Below are positions 8,935-18,703 of a stretch of DNA of 32,000 bases, piece after piece. Each line of letters opens with the position of its first letter. Position 1 is the first letter of the stretch. The notes below the pieces were generated by a model. The model was not told the origin of the DNA and did not search any database. It saw only the letters and a list, made by a program, of their open reading frames with translations. The position numbers and the translations under genes were made by a program. The DNA lies in the NCBI RefSeq assembly GCF_000025945.1, contig NC_006138.1, positions 1,230,001-1,262,000 of the forward strand, read 5' to 3'. Source of the DNA: Desulfotalea psychrophila LSv54 (GTDB lineage: Bacteria > Desulfobacterota > Desulfobulbia > Desulfobulbales > Desulfocapsaceae).

Positions 8935-9542
8935 ATGCCCTGGTTGATCTTGCCTTTGATGATAGGAGAACGATGCGTTTTATGCAACGTCTCCTCTATA
9001 CGCCCTCCGACGATATTCGCTGGCATGTGGCCTGGGTCATAGGCTCTGTTGCAGCGCGGGTGTCAACGCGTGAGCCGGGACAGGTATCTGAGCTTTTGCA
9101 TCGTCTTTTTGAGTCAACCCTGGATTCTGCCGCTGCCCCATGGGGAATGATAGAGACCATGGGCTATGTAATAGCTAAACGACCCGACATTTTTGGCGCC
9201 TTTGCCCGTCATTTGTTGAACTTATTGGGTGAGCCCTCTACTGAAATGCAAATTATCTGGGGACTTGGTGAAATTGCCAAGACCAGACCGGATCTTATCA
9301 GGGCGACCCCTTTTTATAATTTATTTCATTTTCTGCAACATCCACTCCCTCTTATGCGTGGCCTCGTGGCCCGGCTTATGGGGAATCTACAGGCAACGGA
9401 GGTGACTACTCAGTTGATGTCACTCTTCGATGATAATGAGTCTATTCGCATCTGCGAAGAGGGTCAAATGGTAGATACAACGGTTGCAGATGAAGCGAAA
9501 AAGGCGCTTGCCGCCATTCGTCAAGGAGAGAAGAATGAGTAA
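8844..9542 (+). pseudogene. C-terminal HEAT-like part of the same DVU0298-like protein, in the -1 frame relative to the upstream ORF
   Basis: DDRRTRKRASKKIVKDLVDQSDIDALVDLAFDDRRTMRFMQRLLYTPSDDIRWHVAWVIGSVAARVS..., with HEAT-like alpha repeats. The frame stays protein-like upstream of the ORF start (G A L H Q I P D F I K N V D R L P M E P V L D D R R). Confidence 0.6.
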
Positions 9543-10149
9543 TTTACAGAGTCTTGAGTCGATCATGCCCATGGCAGATGCCCCTGTTCAAGAAGAGAAG
9601 AAGAAGAAACCTCTGGAGCCTGTTGAGCAGGAGTATGAAGAGGGAAAGAAATTTTTGGCAAATGGAAATACCGCTCAGGCGGCTGTTGCCTTTCATAATG
9701 TCCTTCTTGCCCGTGAAGAAGAGGGTAATGAGACTGGTGTGGCCAATGCCTGTAATCAGCTTGGTAATGTCTGCATGGCCCGGGAAGAATATCTGCAGGC
9801 ACGGGAGCATTTTCAACGCGCCTGGAAAATTTGTGATAAGCTCTTTGATCAGATGAGCCTTATGTCCCTGAATCGTCAATTTCTGGCAATTCATCGTGCT
9901 CTTAAGGAGTATGATGAGGCAATTAACATGACCTTGGATATATTTGACATCTATAGTGAGAATCGTGATCCTCATGGAAGTGTTGACGTGCTTGAAGAGT
10001 TGGCTGACATTTACCAGGATGCAGGTAAGGTGAGCAAGGCTGCAGATACCTATAGAACCATTGCCTCGATTCATAAAAACTACAAGCATAATAAGATTGC
10101 TGCAGGCTTTGTTGAAAAGGCAGAAGAGCTGGACAAATCTGCTCAATAG
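9535..10149 (+). CDS. Tetratricopeptide repeat protein
   Basis: MSNLQSLESIMPMADAPVQEEKKKK... followed by TPR units (EYEEGKKFLANGNTAQAAVAFHNVLLAREEEGN, ANACNQLGNVCMAREEYLQAREHFQRAWKI). Overlaps the upstream stop by 8 nt. Confidence 0.85.
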   Translation: MSNLQSLESIMPMADAPVQEEKKKKPLEPVEQEYEEGKKFLANGNTAQAAVAFHNVLLAREEEGNETGVANACNQLGNVCMAREEYLQAREHFQRAWKICDKLFDQMSLMSLNRQFLAIHRALKEYDEAINMTLDIFDIYSENRDPHGSVDVLEELADIYQDAGKVSKAADTYRTIASIHKNYKHNKIAAGFVEKAEELDKSAQ

Positions 10150-10234
10150 TGAGCTATACTTTTTGAGGCTTGTGTTTCACTCGCAGGCCTTTCCTGTTCA
10201 GGGTGAATTTAAGATTTAAGGGGATGTGAGCCAC

Positions 10235-10894
10235 ATGTTTACAGGTATTGTGCAGGGAAAGGGGAAATTACTTGGCAAGCGAAAGGCAGGTGGTGGACTC
10301 TCCTTCGATCTGGAAGCAGGTTTTGACCTCTCTGATCCTCAGGAGGGCGAGTCCATTGCCATCTGTGGTGTTTGTCTGACCGCCTATAATATTGTCGGTC
10401 GTAGGTTCCTGGCCGATGTCTCCCCGGAGACCCTTTCCAGGACACGTCTTGGTCGTTTGAACACCGGTGATGCTGTTAACATGGAGCGGGCTCTGCAGGT
10501 CACTGATCGTCTTGGTGGCCATATTGTCTCGGGGCATGTTGACTGTTTGGCAAGTTTGAGTGCTTTGAAAAAGGTTGGTAATTTTACACTGTTAAACTTT
10601 TCTTTTCCAACAGAATATAGCCATTATATGATAGAAAAGGGCTCTGTCACCATTGATGGGGTGAGTCTCACCATAAATGATTGCGGAGATGATTGTTTTT
10701 CGGTATCAATTATTCCACAGACTTTGAGAGAGACAACACTAGGGGATCTTGTTGTGGGGAGCAGGGTGAATATTGAAGTGGATATTATTGGCAAATACGT
10801 AGAAAAATTATTGAAGCGAGGAGGAGAGGGAGGGAAGGTCTCCCAAACGAGTTCCATTGATACTCGTTTTCTTGCTGAGAACGGTTTTCTGTAG
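10235..10894 (+). CDS. ribE: Riboflavin synthase, alpha subunit type
   Basis: MFTGIVQGKGKL, two lumazine-binding repeats: GESIAICGVCLTAY...F.ADVSPETLSRT.LG.L..GD.VNMERAL...DRLGGHIVSGHVD and GSVTIDGVSLTIND...IPQTLRETTLG.L..G..VNIEVDIIGKYVE. Confidence 0.95.
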   Translation: MFTGIVQGKGKLLGKRKAGGGLSFDLEAGFDLSDPQEGESIAICGVCLTAYNIVGRRFLADVSPETLSRTRLGRLNTGDAVNMERALQVTDRLGGHIVSGHVDCLASLSALKKVGNFTLLNFSFPTEYSHYMIEKGSVTIDGVSLTINDCGDDCFSVSIIPQTLRETTLGDLVVGSRVNIEVDIIGKYVEKLLKRGGEGGKVSQTSSIDTRFLAENGFL

Positions 10895-10956
10895 CATTTA
10901 ACGGGCGTGCATTGTCTGAGCCGATTTTTATATTTTATAAGGAAAGTGTGAACGTT

Positions 10957-12168
10957 ATGGCCGTAAGTTCTATTGAAGAAGCAATTGAAGATATCAAAGC
11001 AGGAAAGATGGTTATCTTGGTTGATGATGAAGATCGAGAAAATGAAGGTGATCTTTGCATGGCCGCAGAGTTTGTTGCTGCCGCTGACATCAACTTTATG
11101 GCAACCCATGGTCGTGGTCTTATCTGTCTGACCTTGACTCCAAAGCTTGTTGATCAGCTTGCCCTGCCAATGATGGTTCAAGAGAATAAGTCTCCGTACG
11201 GTACTGGCTTTACTATTAGTATTGAGGCGAAGACAGGCGTGGAAACGGGTATTTCTGCAGCTGATCGAGCCCGTACTATTCAGGTCGCCGTAGCAGATGG
11301 TGCCGGACCACAGGACTTGGTCAGCCCTGGACATGTTTTTCCTCTTCGTGCTCGCGAAGGTGGTGTGCTCTGTCGTACAGGACAAACCGAGGGATCTGTT
11401 GATCTTGCTCGTCTTTCTGGGGCGACTCCTGCCGGTGTTATTTGTGAAATCATGAAGGATGATGGCACCATGGCCCGCATGCCGGATCTTGAGATTTTTG
11501 CCGCTGAACATGAATTGAAAATTGTAACCGTAGCAGATCTGGTTGAGTACAGATTGCGTCAGGATTTACTTGTTCACCGTCAGGTTGCGGCGCGTATTCC
11601 CACCGCTGATGCGGGTGAATTTACCGCTATTGTTTATACCAATGATGTTGATAATTTTGAGCATTTGGCTCTGGTTAAGGGTGATCTTGAGGCTGCCGAA
11701 GAAGTACTTGTGCGGGTTCATTCAGAATGTCTTACCGGTGATCTCTTTGGCTCTGCTCGCTGTGATTGTGGCCCCCAACTTCATGAGGCCATGCGTATGA
11801 TTGACCGAGCCGGTTGTGGTGTTGTCCTTTATATGCGTCAAGAGGGTCGTGGTATTGGCCTGATTAACAAACTGAAGGCCTATAATCTTCAGGACAATCA
11901 AGGCCTTGATACTGTAGAGGCGAACATCGAGCTTGGCTTTAAGGCAGATCTTCGTGACTATGGTATCGGTGCTCAGATATTGCGTGATCTTGGTATTACC
12001 AAGATGTCTCTTCTTACCAACAATCCAAAGAAAATTATCGGCCTTGAGGGTTATGGTATTGAAGTGATTTCTCGGGTGCCCATTGAAATTGAGGCAAGTG
12101 AGGAAAATGAAGGCTATCTGAGATGTAAGCGGGATAGGATGGGACATTTGTTGAATATGAAAGAGTAG
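10957..12168 (+). CDS. ribBA: Bifunctional 3,4-dihydroxy-2-butanone 4-phosphate synthase / GTP cyclohydrolase II
   Basis: [12 protein letters not shown]...[12 protein letters not shown] (DHBP synthase) and [24 protein letters not shown]...[26 protein letters not shown] (GCH II zinc site). Confidence 0.96.
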   Translation: MAVSSIEEAIEDIKAGKMVILVDDEDRENEGDLCMAAEFVAAADINFMATHGRGLICLTLTPKLVDQLALPMMVQENKSPYGTGFTISIEAKTGVETGISAADRARTIQVAVADGAGPQDLVSPGHVFPLRAREGGVLCRTGQTEGSVDLARLSGATPAGVICEIMKDDGTMARMPDLEIFAAEHELKIVTVADLVEYRLRQDLLVHRQVAARIPTADAGEFTAIVYTNDVDNFEHLALVKGDLEAAEEVLVRVHSECLTGDLFGSARCDCGPQLHEAMRMIDRAGCGVVLYMRQEGRGIGLINKLKAYNLQDNQGLDTVEANIELGFKADLRDYGIGAQILRDLGITKMSLLTNNPKKIIGLEGYGIEVISRVPIEIEASEENEGYLRCKRDRMGHLLNMKE

Positions 12169-12222
12169 TTTTTTTCAGTCTTTGCAGGTGACTTATAAAG
12201 TACAAATAAAAAAGGTGGTAAT

Positions 12223-12690
12223 ATGCCCAATTTTATAGAAGGTAATTTGAAGGCTGATGGTAAAAAATTTGCAATTATTGTTGCTCGTTTTAACTCATTC
12301 ATCTCTGATAAATTGTTAGACGGTGCCCTTGATAGTCTTGTTCGTTCCGGTGCTACAGACAGTGATATTGATGTTGTTCGTGTTCCTGGTGCCTATGAGA
12401 TCCCTCTTATTGCCAAGAAACTTGCAGCTTCCCTCAAATACGATGCGGTGATCTGTCTGGGTGCAGTTATCCGTGGGGCTACCCCGCACTTTGATGTTGT
12501 GGTAAACGAGGTTTCAAAGGGATCTGCTCAGGTAAGCCTTGAGACCGGTGTGCCTGTCCTCTTCGGTGTGTTGACCACCGAGACCATCGAGCAGGCCATA
12601 GAGCGCAGTGGCACCAAGGCCGGTAATAAGGGCTCTGATGTTGCTATTGCCGCTATTGAGATGGCAAATCTCGTGGATGCTTTGCAGTAA
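12223..12690 (+). CDS. ribH: 6,7-dimethyl-8-ribityllumazine synthase
   Basis: [95 protein letters not shown]. Confidence 0.95.
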   Translation: MPNFIEGNLKADGKKFAIIVARFNSFISDKLLDGALDSLVRSGATDSDIDVVRVPGAYEIPLIAKKLAASLKYDAVICLGAVIRGATPHFDVVVNEVSKGSAQVSLETGVPVLFGVLTTETIEQAIERSGTKAGNKGSDVAIAAIEMANLVDALQ

Positions 12691-12753
12691 AGATTGAGCT
12701 GTAAGCTGTTATGGGGCCATCTTCTGTGGAGGTGGCCACCTGTTGGAGAGTTG

Positions 12754-12799
12754 GAGTTGAACCCATCTGTAAAAATACGGATGGGTCAGCTCTTTTTTT
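12754..12799 (+). terminator. Rho-independent terminator downstream of ribH
   Basis: GAGTTGA(A)CCCATCTG ... CGGATGGGTCAGCTC, about 15 bp with one bulged A, followed by TTTTTTTG. Confidence 0.82.
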
Positions 12800-12886
12800 G
12801 TTTCTGTTTAGAGAGCATCCTGTTACCCTTGTCTCCTATCCATAATGAAACATTACGAACTAGAAATTATTTAAGGTGTTAGGTAC

Positions 12887-13312
12887 ATGAGTATTCGACG
12901 TTTTGCTCGAGAGGCTGCTTTGCAATTTTTATATCAGGATGATTTTATTCCTGAGTCCGCTGACACTCCTGGCGAATTAAAAGAAAGATTCGAGCAGTTT
13001 TGTGAAATATATCAGGTGAATAAAAAGGGACGTACCTATGCCCTTAATCTTATTGCCGGAGTACTGGCCGATCAGGAGGCCATTGATCGTTTGATTGAGG
13101 AGGCCGCTGTAAATTGGCGTATGAGCCGTATTTCTGCCACCGATCGTAACCTTCTCCGTGTTGCAACGTTTGAGATAAATTTTTGCGACGATGTGCCGGC
13201 AGAGGTTGCCATTAACGAAGCAGTGGAGATTGCCAAGCGTTTTTGTGGCGATGAGTCACCTAAGTTTGTCAACGGTGTGCTTGACGCAGTAAAAACACTC
13301 TGTCAAAAATAG
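12887..13312 (+). CDS. nusB: Transcription antitermination factor NusB
   Basis: MSIRRFAREAALQFLYQDDF, WRMSRISATDRNLLRVATFEI.F, DVPAEVAINEAVEIAKRFCGDESPKFVNGVLDAV. Confidence 0.94.
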   Translation: MSIRRFAREAALQFLYQDDFIPESADTPGELKERFEQFCEIYQVNKKGRTYALNLIAGVLADQEAIDRLIEEAAVNWRMSRISATDRNLLRVATFEINFCDDVPAEVAINEAVEIAKRFCGDESPKFVNGVLDAVKTLCQK

Positions 13313-13557
13313 TCATTATTTCTATGACTCTTGGTTTGCGGAATGCCTTGAAATATCATTTTCAAGGCATTCTGTGGCCATTCTTCCTCCTGCTATTCTC
13401 TTCTTCGTCTCTGCTCTTCTGAAAACTGGACCTCTGTTCACCTGCTTGCTTTTTTTATTTAGAACTCTATATGATAGAGATATATGTTTGCGCGGTCTGG
13501 AAAAGATCTTTGCCGCAATCTGTCTCTATTTTGAAGTCCTATTTGTGGAGGTGTCCT

Positions 13558-15675
13558 ATGGCCAGGAAGCAGGAGGCGATACGGCCCGATTTTCGTCAGG
13601 AAGTGGTGGCTGTTTTAGGGGGATTCTCGGCAATATTTTTGTTGTTTAGTCTTGTTTCGCGCTCTCTGGCGGATTCGGTGAACTGGTGCGGCTGGTTAGG
13701 CGGATCGCTGGCAAATTCACTCTTTGCTTTTATCGGTTATGGAGCCTATCTCCTTGTTCTTATTTTGTTTTGTGTCTCTCTTTCTGCTCTCTTTTCTAAA
13801 ATATCCCCTCAACGTTTTATCCAACTCAGTTTAGCTCTTGCCGGAGTTTTACTCTCTTTTTGTGGGCTGTTGCATTCTCTATTCCTAGCGGATCCGGCCC
13901 TGCATGGTTTTGGTGGTTTTTTGGGAGAGATTGTTTATGTATCTCTCCAGTCCACTGTCGGCCTTGCCGGGACCTTTCTTGTCCTGTTCTGTGCCCTTCT
14001 CCTTTCTGGGATGCTTGTCTCCCAATGCTCTCTCTATGCCATGGCTTTTTCTTTGGCTCATCTGCTCTCCTACGCTATGAGTTGTTGGCTGAGCCTTGTC
14101 GTCTGGTTGTGTCATGTTCTGTGGAAAAAGAGGACGAGGTCTGAGGTAAATCTGGGGAGAAAGATGAGATCTCATTCTACTCAGAGTGGAGTTCCTCTGG
14201 TCCGGGAAATTGCCATGGTAGAGGGCCCTGTGGATCAAGGGTTTACCGCTCAGCCTGTGGCCCGTGGTGCTTGGCGTATTCCCCCCCTCTCGCTATTATC
14301 TCACAATAAACAGGACAGTGTAAGCTTAGATAAATCTGTCTATTATGGAATTTCTGCAGAGCTGGAGAAACAGCTTAATAACTTTTCTGTTCAGGGCAAG
14401 GTGGTGGGGGTTGTTCCAGGTCCCGTTGTCACCACCTATGAGTATGCTCCTGCCCCGGGCGTTAAGATTAGCAAGATAGTGGGCTTGGCCAATGACCTTG
14501 CCCTTGGCTTGAAGGTCAGGTCTGTGCGTGTGGTTGGCTCGATTCCCGGTAAGGCTGCCCTTGGTATTGAAATACCAAATGAACATCGGCAGATGGTTTT
14601 TATTCGTGATCTCTTGAGTAGAGGTGAATATCAAAAAAATAGCGATAAATTGACCGTTGCCCTTGGCCTTGATGTGGTTGGTAATCCTGTCATGGCAAAT
14701 TTGGCCAAGATGCCTCATCTACTTATAGCCGGTGCTACTGGTGCAGGTAAGAGTGTGGGGATCAATACTATCATTGCCTCTATCCTCTATAAGGCGACTC
14801 CGGATGAGGTGCGTTTTTTGTTAGTTGACCCGAAGAGAATTGAACTTTCCGGTTATGAGGGGATCCCTCATCTGCTCCATCCTGTGGTGGTTGATCCCGG
14901 GATGGCCTCCAGGGCCCTTGCTTGGGCTGTGGCCGAGATGAAACGTCGATATTGCCTTTTGGCGGAGGCAGGAGTGAAGAGCTTTGCCTCTTATAATAAG
15001 CAAAAAGAGACAGAAAAACTACCATATATTGTGATTGTCGTGGATGAGCTTGCTGATCTTATGATGGTTGCCTCAAAGGATGTTGAAGACTCCATTGCCA
15101 GTCTTGCCCAGATGGCACGGGCTGCCGGTATGCATATGATCCTAGCAACACACCGGCCATCGGTTGATGTGCTCCCCGGAGTTATAAAGCCAAATTTTCC
15201 TCCCAGAATATCCTTTAAGGTTTCCTCCAGGGTTGATTCTCGAACTATTCTTGACTGTATCGGTGCAGAGCAGCTTTTGGGGGCCGGTGATATGCTGTTT
15301 TTACCACCAGGTACCTCCGCTCTTATGCGCATTCACGGTGCCTATATATCTGAAAAGGAAACTGCTGATATCGTAGACTTTTTTAAAGAGCAGGGGGCGA
15401 CTAATTATGATAAAAATATTATTGAGCAGATAAAGAAGGAGAAACAAGGTGATGGGGCTGGAGGTGATGATCAGGCTCGGGACCCCCGTTACGACGAGGC
15501 AGTTGTCCTGGTGACAGAGGCTGGTCAAGCCTCGATTTCCCTGGTTCAAAGGCGGATGCGAATAGGCTACAACCGTGCTGCACGCATGATAGAGCTTATG
15601 GAGAGAGAGGGGCTTGTCGGCCCAGCTGATGGAGCAAAGGCTCGCCAAGTTCTGGTCCGGCAGGAGTATAATTGA
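13558..15675 (+). CDS. ftsK: DNA translocase FtsK/SpoIIIE family
   Basis: N-terminal TM segments, motor domain (PHLLIAGATGAGKSVGINTIIASILYKATPDEVRFLLVDPKRIELSGYEGIPHLLHPVV, YIVIVVDELADLMM, MHMILATHRPSVDVLPGVIKPNFPPRISFKVSSRVDSRTILD), C-terminal winged helix (SISLVQRRMRIGYNRAARMIELMEREGLVG). Start ATG at 13558. Confidence 0.95.
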   Translation: MARKQEAIRPDFRQEVVAVLGGFSAIFLLFSLVSRSLADSVNWCGWLGGSLANSLFAFIGYGAYLLVLILFCVSLSALFSKISPQRFIQLSLALAGVLLSFCGLLHSLFLADPALHGFGGFLGEIVYVSLQSTVGLAGTFLVLFCALLLSGMLVSQCSLYAMAFSLAHLLSYAMSCWLSLVVWLCHVLWKKRTRSEVNLGRKMRSHSTQSGVPLVREIAMVEGPVDQGFTAQPVARGAWRIPPLSLLSHNKQDSVSLDKSVYYGISAELEKQLNNFSVQGKVVGVVPGPVVTTYEYAPAPGVKISKIVGLANDLALGLKVRSVRVVGSIPGKAALGIEIPNEHRQMVFIRDLLSRGEYQKNSDKLTVALGLDVVGNPVMANLAKMPHLLIAGATGAGKSVGINTIIASILYKATPDEVRFLLVDPKRIELSGYEGIPHLLHPVVVDPGMASRALAWAVAEMKRRYCLLAEAGVKSFASYNKQKETEKLPYIVIVVDELADLMMVASKDVEDSIASLAQMARAAGMHMILATHRPSVDVLPGVIKPNFPPRISFKVSSRVDSRTILDCIGAEQLLGAGDMLFLPPGTSALMRIHGAYISEKETADIVDFFKEQGATNYDKNIIEQIKKEKQGDGAGGDDQARDPRYDEAVVLVTEAGQASISLVQRRMRIGYNRAARMIELMEREGLVGPADGAKARQVLVRQEYN

Positions 15676-15722
15676 TTATAAAAAGAACTAAAATTGATCA
15701 ATGTTTGTGTTTGGAAAATATG

Positions 15723-15749
15723 TTGACAAGAATTTAATAACACACTATA
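15723..15749 (+). promoter_or_regulatory. Candidate promoter for aprBA
   Basis: TTGACA (15723-15728) and TATAAA (15744-15749); 15-nt spacer, slightly short. Confidence 0.4.
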
Positions 15750-15943
15750 AAAAACAGATACCCAAGAATTACCAAGCACCAAGTTGTTTTGTTAGCATGT
15801 TAAATTACTCGAAGCACATGAACCAGCCTTGACAGGCATCTGTGTTAGAGAGAGCCCACCACCAGTACTAGTTTTAGTATAGTTTAAGTAGGAGCCAAAT
15901 TATTGGAGCCGCAACAGTTAAAACAAGCTGAGGAGGTAGTTTA

Positions 15944-16360
15944 ATGCCAAGTTATGTAGATCCTGCCAAATGTGATGGTTGCAAAGGTGGCGATAAGACC
16001 GCGTGCATGTACATCTGTCCGAATGACCTGATGGTTTTAGATAAAGTTTCAATGAAAGCTTATAATCAAGAGCCTGATGGATGTTGGGAGTGTTACTCAT
16101 GCGTTAAGATCTGTCCCCAAGGAGCCATTTTTGTCCGCGGATACGATGATTTCGTACCAATGGGCGGACAAGTTCATCCCATGAGAAGTGCTGATTCTAT
16201 TATGTGGACCGTTAAATTTCGTAACGGTGCCCTGAAGCGCTTCAAATTCCCTATTCGTACAACGGCTGAGGGTGCCGCAAATGCTTATGTTGGAGCGGCT
16301 GGAGCCAGTCTTGATGACGAACGCCTGCTTCTTGAAGGCGAGCTGCCAACACCTAAGTAA
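15944..16360 (+). CDS. aprB: Adenylylsulfate (APS) reductase beta subunit
   Basis: MPSYVDPAKCDGCKGGDKTACMYICPNDLMVLD...PDGCWECYSCVKICPQGAIFVRGYDDFVPMGG, two [4Fe-4S] sites plus tail. Strong RBS (gaggaggt). Immediately upstream of aprA. Confidence 0.97.
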   Translation: MPSYVDPAKCDGCKGGDKTACMYICPNDLMVLDKVSMKAYNQEPDGCWECYSCVKICPQGAIFVRGYDDFVPMGGQVHPMRSADSIMWTVKFRNGALKRFKFPIRTTAEGAANAYVGAAGASLDDERLLLEGELPTPK

Positions 16361-16436
16361 CCGTATTTTCTAAAAAAACAGATCAGTATTTTTAAAAATA
16401 TAATTTGCAGAAAATCTTTAGTCAGGAGATTTGAAT

Positions 16437-18452
16437 ATGGCATTACCAAATAAACCCAAAGGTGAAATTCTCGCCGTAGTAGATCCAGAGATTGTAGAGC
16501 ACGATATAGATGTGCTTATCGTAGGTGGTGGTATGGCCGCCTGTGGAACCGCTTTTGAAATTAAGAAGTGGGCTCCAGCTGATCTTAAGATCATGTTGGT
16601 CGATAAGGCCGCTCTTGAGCGTTCCGGTGCTGTTGCCCAGGGACTCTCTGCCATTAACACCTATATTGGTGAAAATAAAATTGAAGATTACGTAAAAATG
16701 GTACGTAATGACCTCATGGGCGTTGTTCGTGAGGATCTTATCTATGATTGTGGTCGTCACGTAGATGAGTCTGTTAAACTGTTCGAAGAGTGGGGTCTTC
16801 CTGTTTGGAAGAAGGATGCTGCTGGTGATAACCTTGATGGTTCTAAGCCTGCTGCAAGTCTGCGCGAAGGTGGTACTCCAGTACGTACTGGTAAGTGGCA
16901 GATCATGATCAATGGTGAGTCTTACAAGCCGATTGTTGCAGAGCCTGCAGCTACCGCCCTTGGTGCTGACAATATCCTTGAGCGTGTCTTTATCGTTAAG
17001 CTTCTCCTTGATAAGAACAAGCCAAACCAGATCGCTGGTGCGGCCGGTTTCTCTACCCGTGATAATACAGTACATATTTTTCGCTGTAAGGCTGCCATGG
17101 TTGCCTGTGGTGGTGCCGTTAATATTTTCCGTCCACGCTCAACCGGTGAAGGTAAAGGCCGAGCATGGTATCCTGTTTGGAATGCTGGTTCTACCTACAC
17201 CATGTGTGCTCAGGTAGGTGCTACTCTTACCATGATTGAAAATCGTTTCACCCCAGCGCGTTTTAAAGATGGTTATGGCCCTGTTGGCGCCTGGTTCCTT
17301 CTCTTTAAGGCAAAAGTTGCAAATGGTCTTGGCGAATATTATGCAATGGGCGATTCAGCAAAAGAAGAGCTTGCTCAGTTTATGCCATATGGTGCCTCTC
17401 CTGTAACTCCAACCTGTCTCCGTAATCACCTTATGATTAAAGAGCTCAAAGAGGGTCGTGGTCCTATCTATATGGCCACAGATGTTGCCCTTAATGCCTT
17501 TCTTGATGAGCGTAAAGAAGCAGGATTGGATGATAAGTCTCTTAAGAAGTTCTGGAAACATCTTGAGTCTGAAGCATGGGAAGATTTCCTTGATATGTCC
17601 GTTGGTCAGGCAGGTCTCTGGGCTGGTATGAATATCGAGCCTGAGAAAGTAGGTTCTGAGATTATGCCAACCGAACCCTATATGCTTGGTTCTCACTCCG
17701 GTTGTTGTGGTATCTGGACCTCTGGACCAGATGAAGCTTGGGTTCCTGAAGTTGCCAATGAATCTCGTTCTCACAAGTATAAGTGGGGCTATAATCGTAT
17801 GACCACCGTAGACGGTCTCTTCACCGCAGGTGATGGTGTTGGTGCCTCTGGTCATAAGTTCTCCTCTGGTTCTCATGCTGAGGGACGTATTGCTGCTAAG
17901 CAGATGGTTAAGTTCTGTCGTGATAACGACTTTACTCCTGAGCTTATGCAGACTCCGCAGGAAATTGCCGATGAGATCTATGCTCCAGTGAGACTTTATA
18001 ATGAGCACGTAGGTGCTTCTACTGCAGCAGACGTTAATCCTAACTACTGCAAACCTGCAGGTTTGATGATGCGTCTTATGAAGGCTACCGATGAGTATGG
18101 TGGTGGCGTTGCTACATACTATATGACTTCCGGTAAACTTCTGAACATCTGTCTTGATCTTCTTCTTCTTCTTCGTGAAGATGCTGATAAGATGGCTGCC
18201 GGCGATTTGCATGAGCTTCTCCGCTGTTGGGAGAACTACCACCGTATCTGGTGTGTTGAAACTCATATTCGTCACATTGAGTTCCGTAAAGAGTCTCGTT
18301 ATCCAGGATTCTATTATCGTTCTGATTTTCCGAATGTGGATGATGAGAACTGGAAGTGTTTTGTTAACTCTACCTTCAATCCAGAAACCAAAGAGTGGTT
18401 GTGTGAGAAGGTTGAGTGTCTCAATATTATTGAAACCGAACCCTGGCTTTAA
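16437..18452 (+). CDS. aprA: Adenylylsulfate (APS) reductase alpha subunit
   Basis: DIDVLIVGGGMAACGTAFEIKKW, GAVAQGLSAINTYIGE, ENRFTPARFKDGYGPVGAWFLLFKAK, MLGSHSGCCGIWTSGP, VDGLFTAGDGVGASGHKFSSGSHAEGRIAAK. Confidence 0.97.
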   Translation: MALPNKPKGEILAVVDPEIVEHDIDVLIVGGGMAACGTAFEIKKWAPADLKIMLVDKAALERSGAVAQGLSAINTYIGENKIEDYVKMVRNDLMGVVREDLIYDCGRHVDESVKLFEEWGLPVWKKDAAGDNLDGSKPAASLREGGTPVRTGKWQIMINGESYKPIVAEPAATALGADNILERVFIVKLLLDKNKPNQIAGAAGFSTRDNTVHIFRCKAAMVACGGAVNIFRPRSTGEGKGRAWYPVWNAGSTYTMCAQVGATLTMIENRFTPARFKDGYGPVGAWFLLFKAKVANGLGEYYAMGDSAKEELAQFMPYGASPVTPTCLRNHLMIKELKEGRGPIYMATDVALNAFLDERKEAGLDDKSLKKFWKHLESEAWEDFLDMSVGQAGLWAGMNIEPEKVGSEIMPTEPYMLGSHSGCCGIWTSGPDEAWVPEVANESRSHKYKWGYNRMTTVDGLFTAGDGVGASGHKFSSGSHAEGRIAAKQMVKFCRDNDFTPELMQTPQEIADEIYAPVRLYNEHVGASTAADVNPNYCKPAGLMMRLMKATDEYGGGVATYYMTSGKLLNICLDLLLLLREDADKMAAGDLHELLRCWENYHRIWCVETHIRHIEFRKESRYPGFYYRSDFPNVDDENWKCFVNSTFNPETKEWLCEKVECLNIIETEPWL

Positions 18453-18487
18453 TGTGGCGAGATAGTGCCTAGCATGATGTGAGGTAT

Positions 18488-18526
18488 AAATCTCCAAGGA
18501 TCCTCGTGTCCTTGGAGATTTTTTTT
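18488..18526 (+). terminator. Rho-independent terminator downstream of aprA
   Basis: AAATCTCCAAGGA-tcctcgtg-TCCTTGGAGATTT, a perfect 13-bp stem followed by a T run. Confidence 0.9.
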
Positions 18527-18703
18527 ATCATTTCTTTTTTTGCTTTAGGCGTGCTAATTGATTGTAAGTAGCCGTTTAAAGCAGAAAAAGTAGTATGGCG
18601 TTTCTTAAGATACAGAAAAGTTTAGCGGTTGGTGTCAGTCGGAGTTCTGTGGCTGAATCTGGTGCCAATAGTCAATATTTTAAGAGTAATAGGGAGGTAT
18701 GGT

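Noticed and set aside
10150-10234. Possible FMN riboswitch upstream of ribE
   Set aside because: The short spacer lacks the conserved FMN-element blocks and is too short; no other riboswitch class recognised here.
10624-11511. 295-aa minus-strand ORF opposite ribE/ribBA
   Set aside because: Antisense shadow of two clearly conserved sense genes.
13374-13649. 91-aa ORF between nusB and ftsK
   Set aside because: Overlaps the true ftsK start out of frame; composition looks like translated noncoding DNA.
18159-18173. (CTT)5 microsatellite within aprA
   Set aside because: Encodes LLLLL within an otherwise intact AprA; too short to argue for phase variation.
17355-18497. 380-aa ORF on the minus strand opposite aprA
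   Set aside because: Shadow ORF. The sense strand encodes a fully conserved AprA; the antisense translation is low-complexity and motif-free, and has no plausible RBS.
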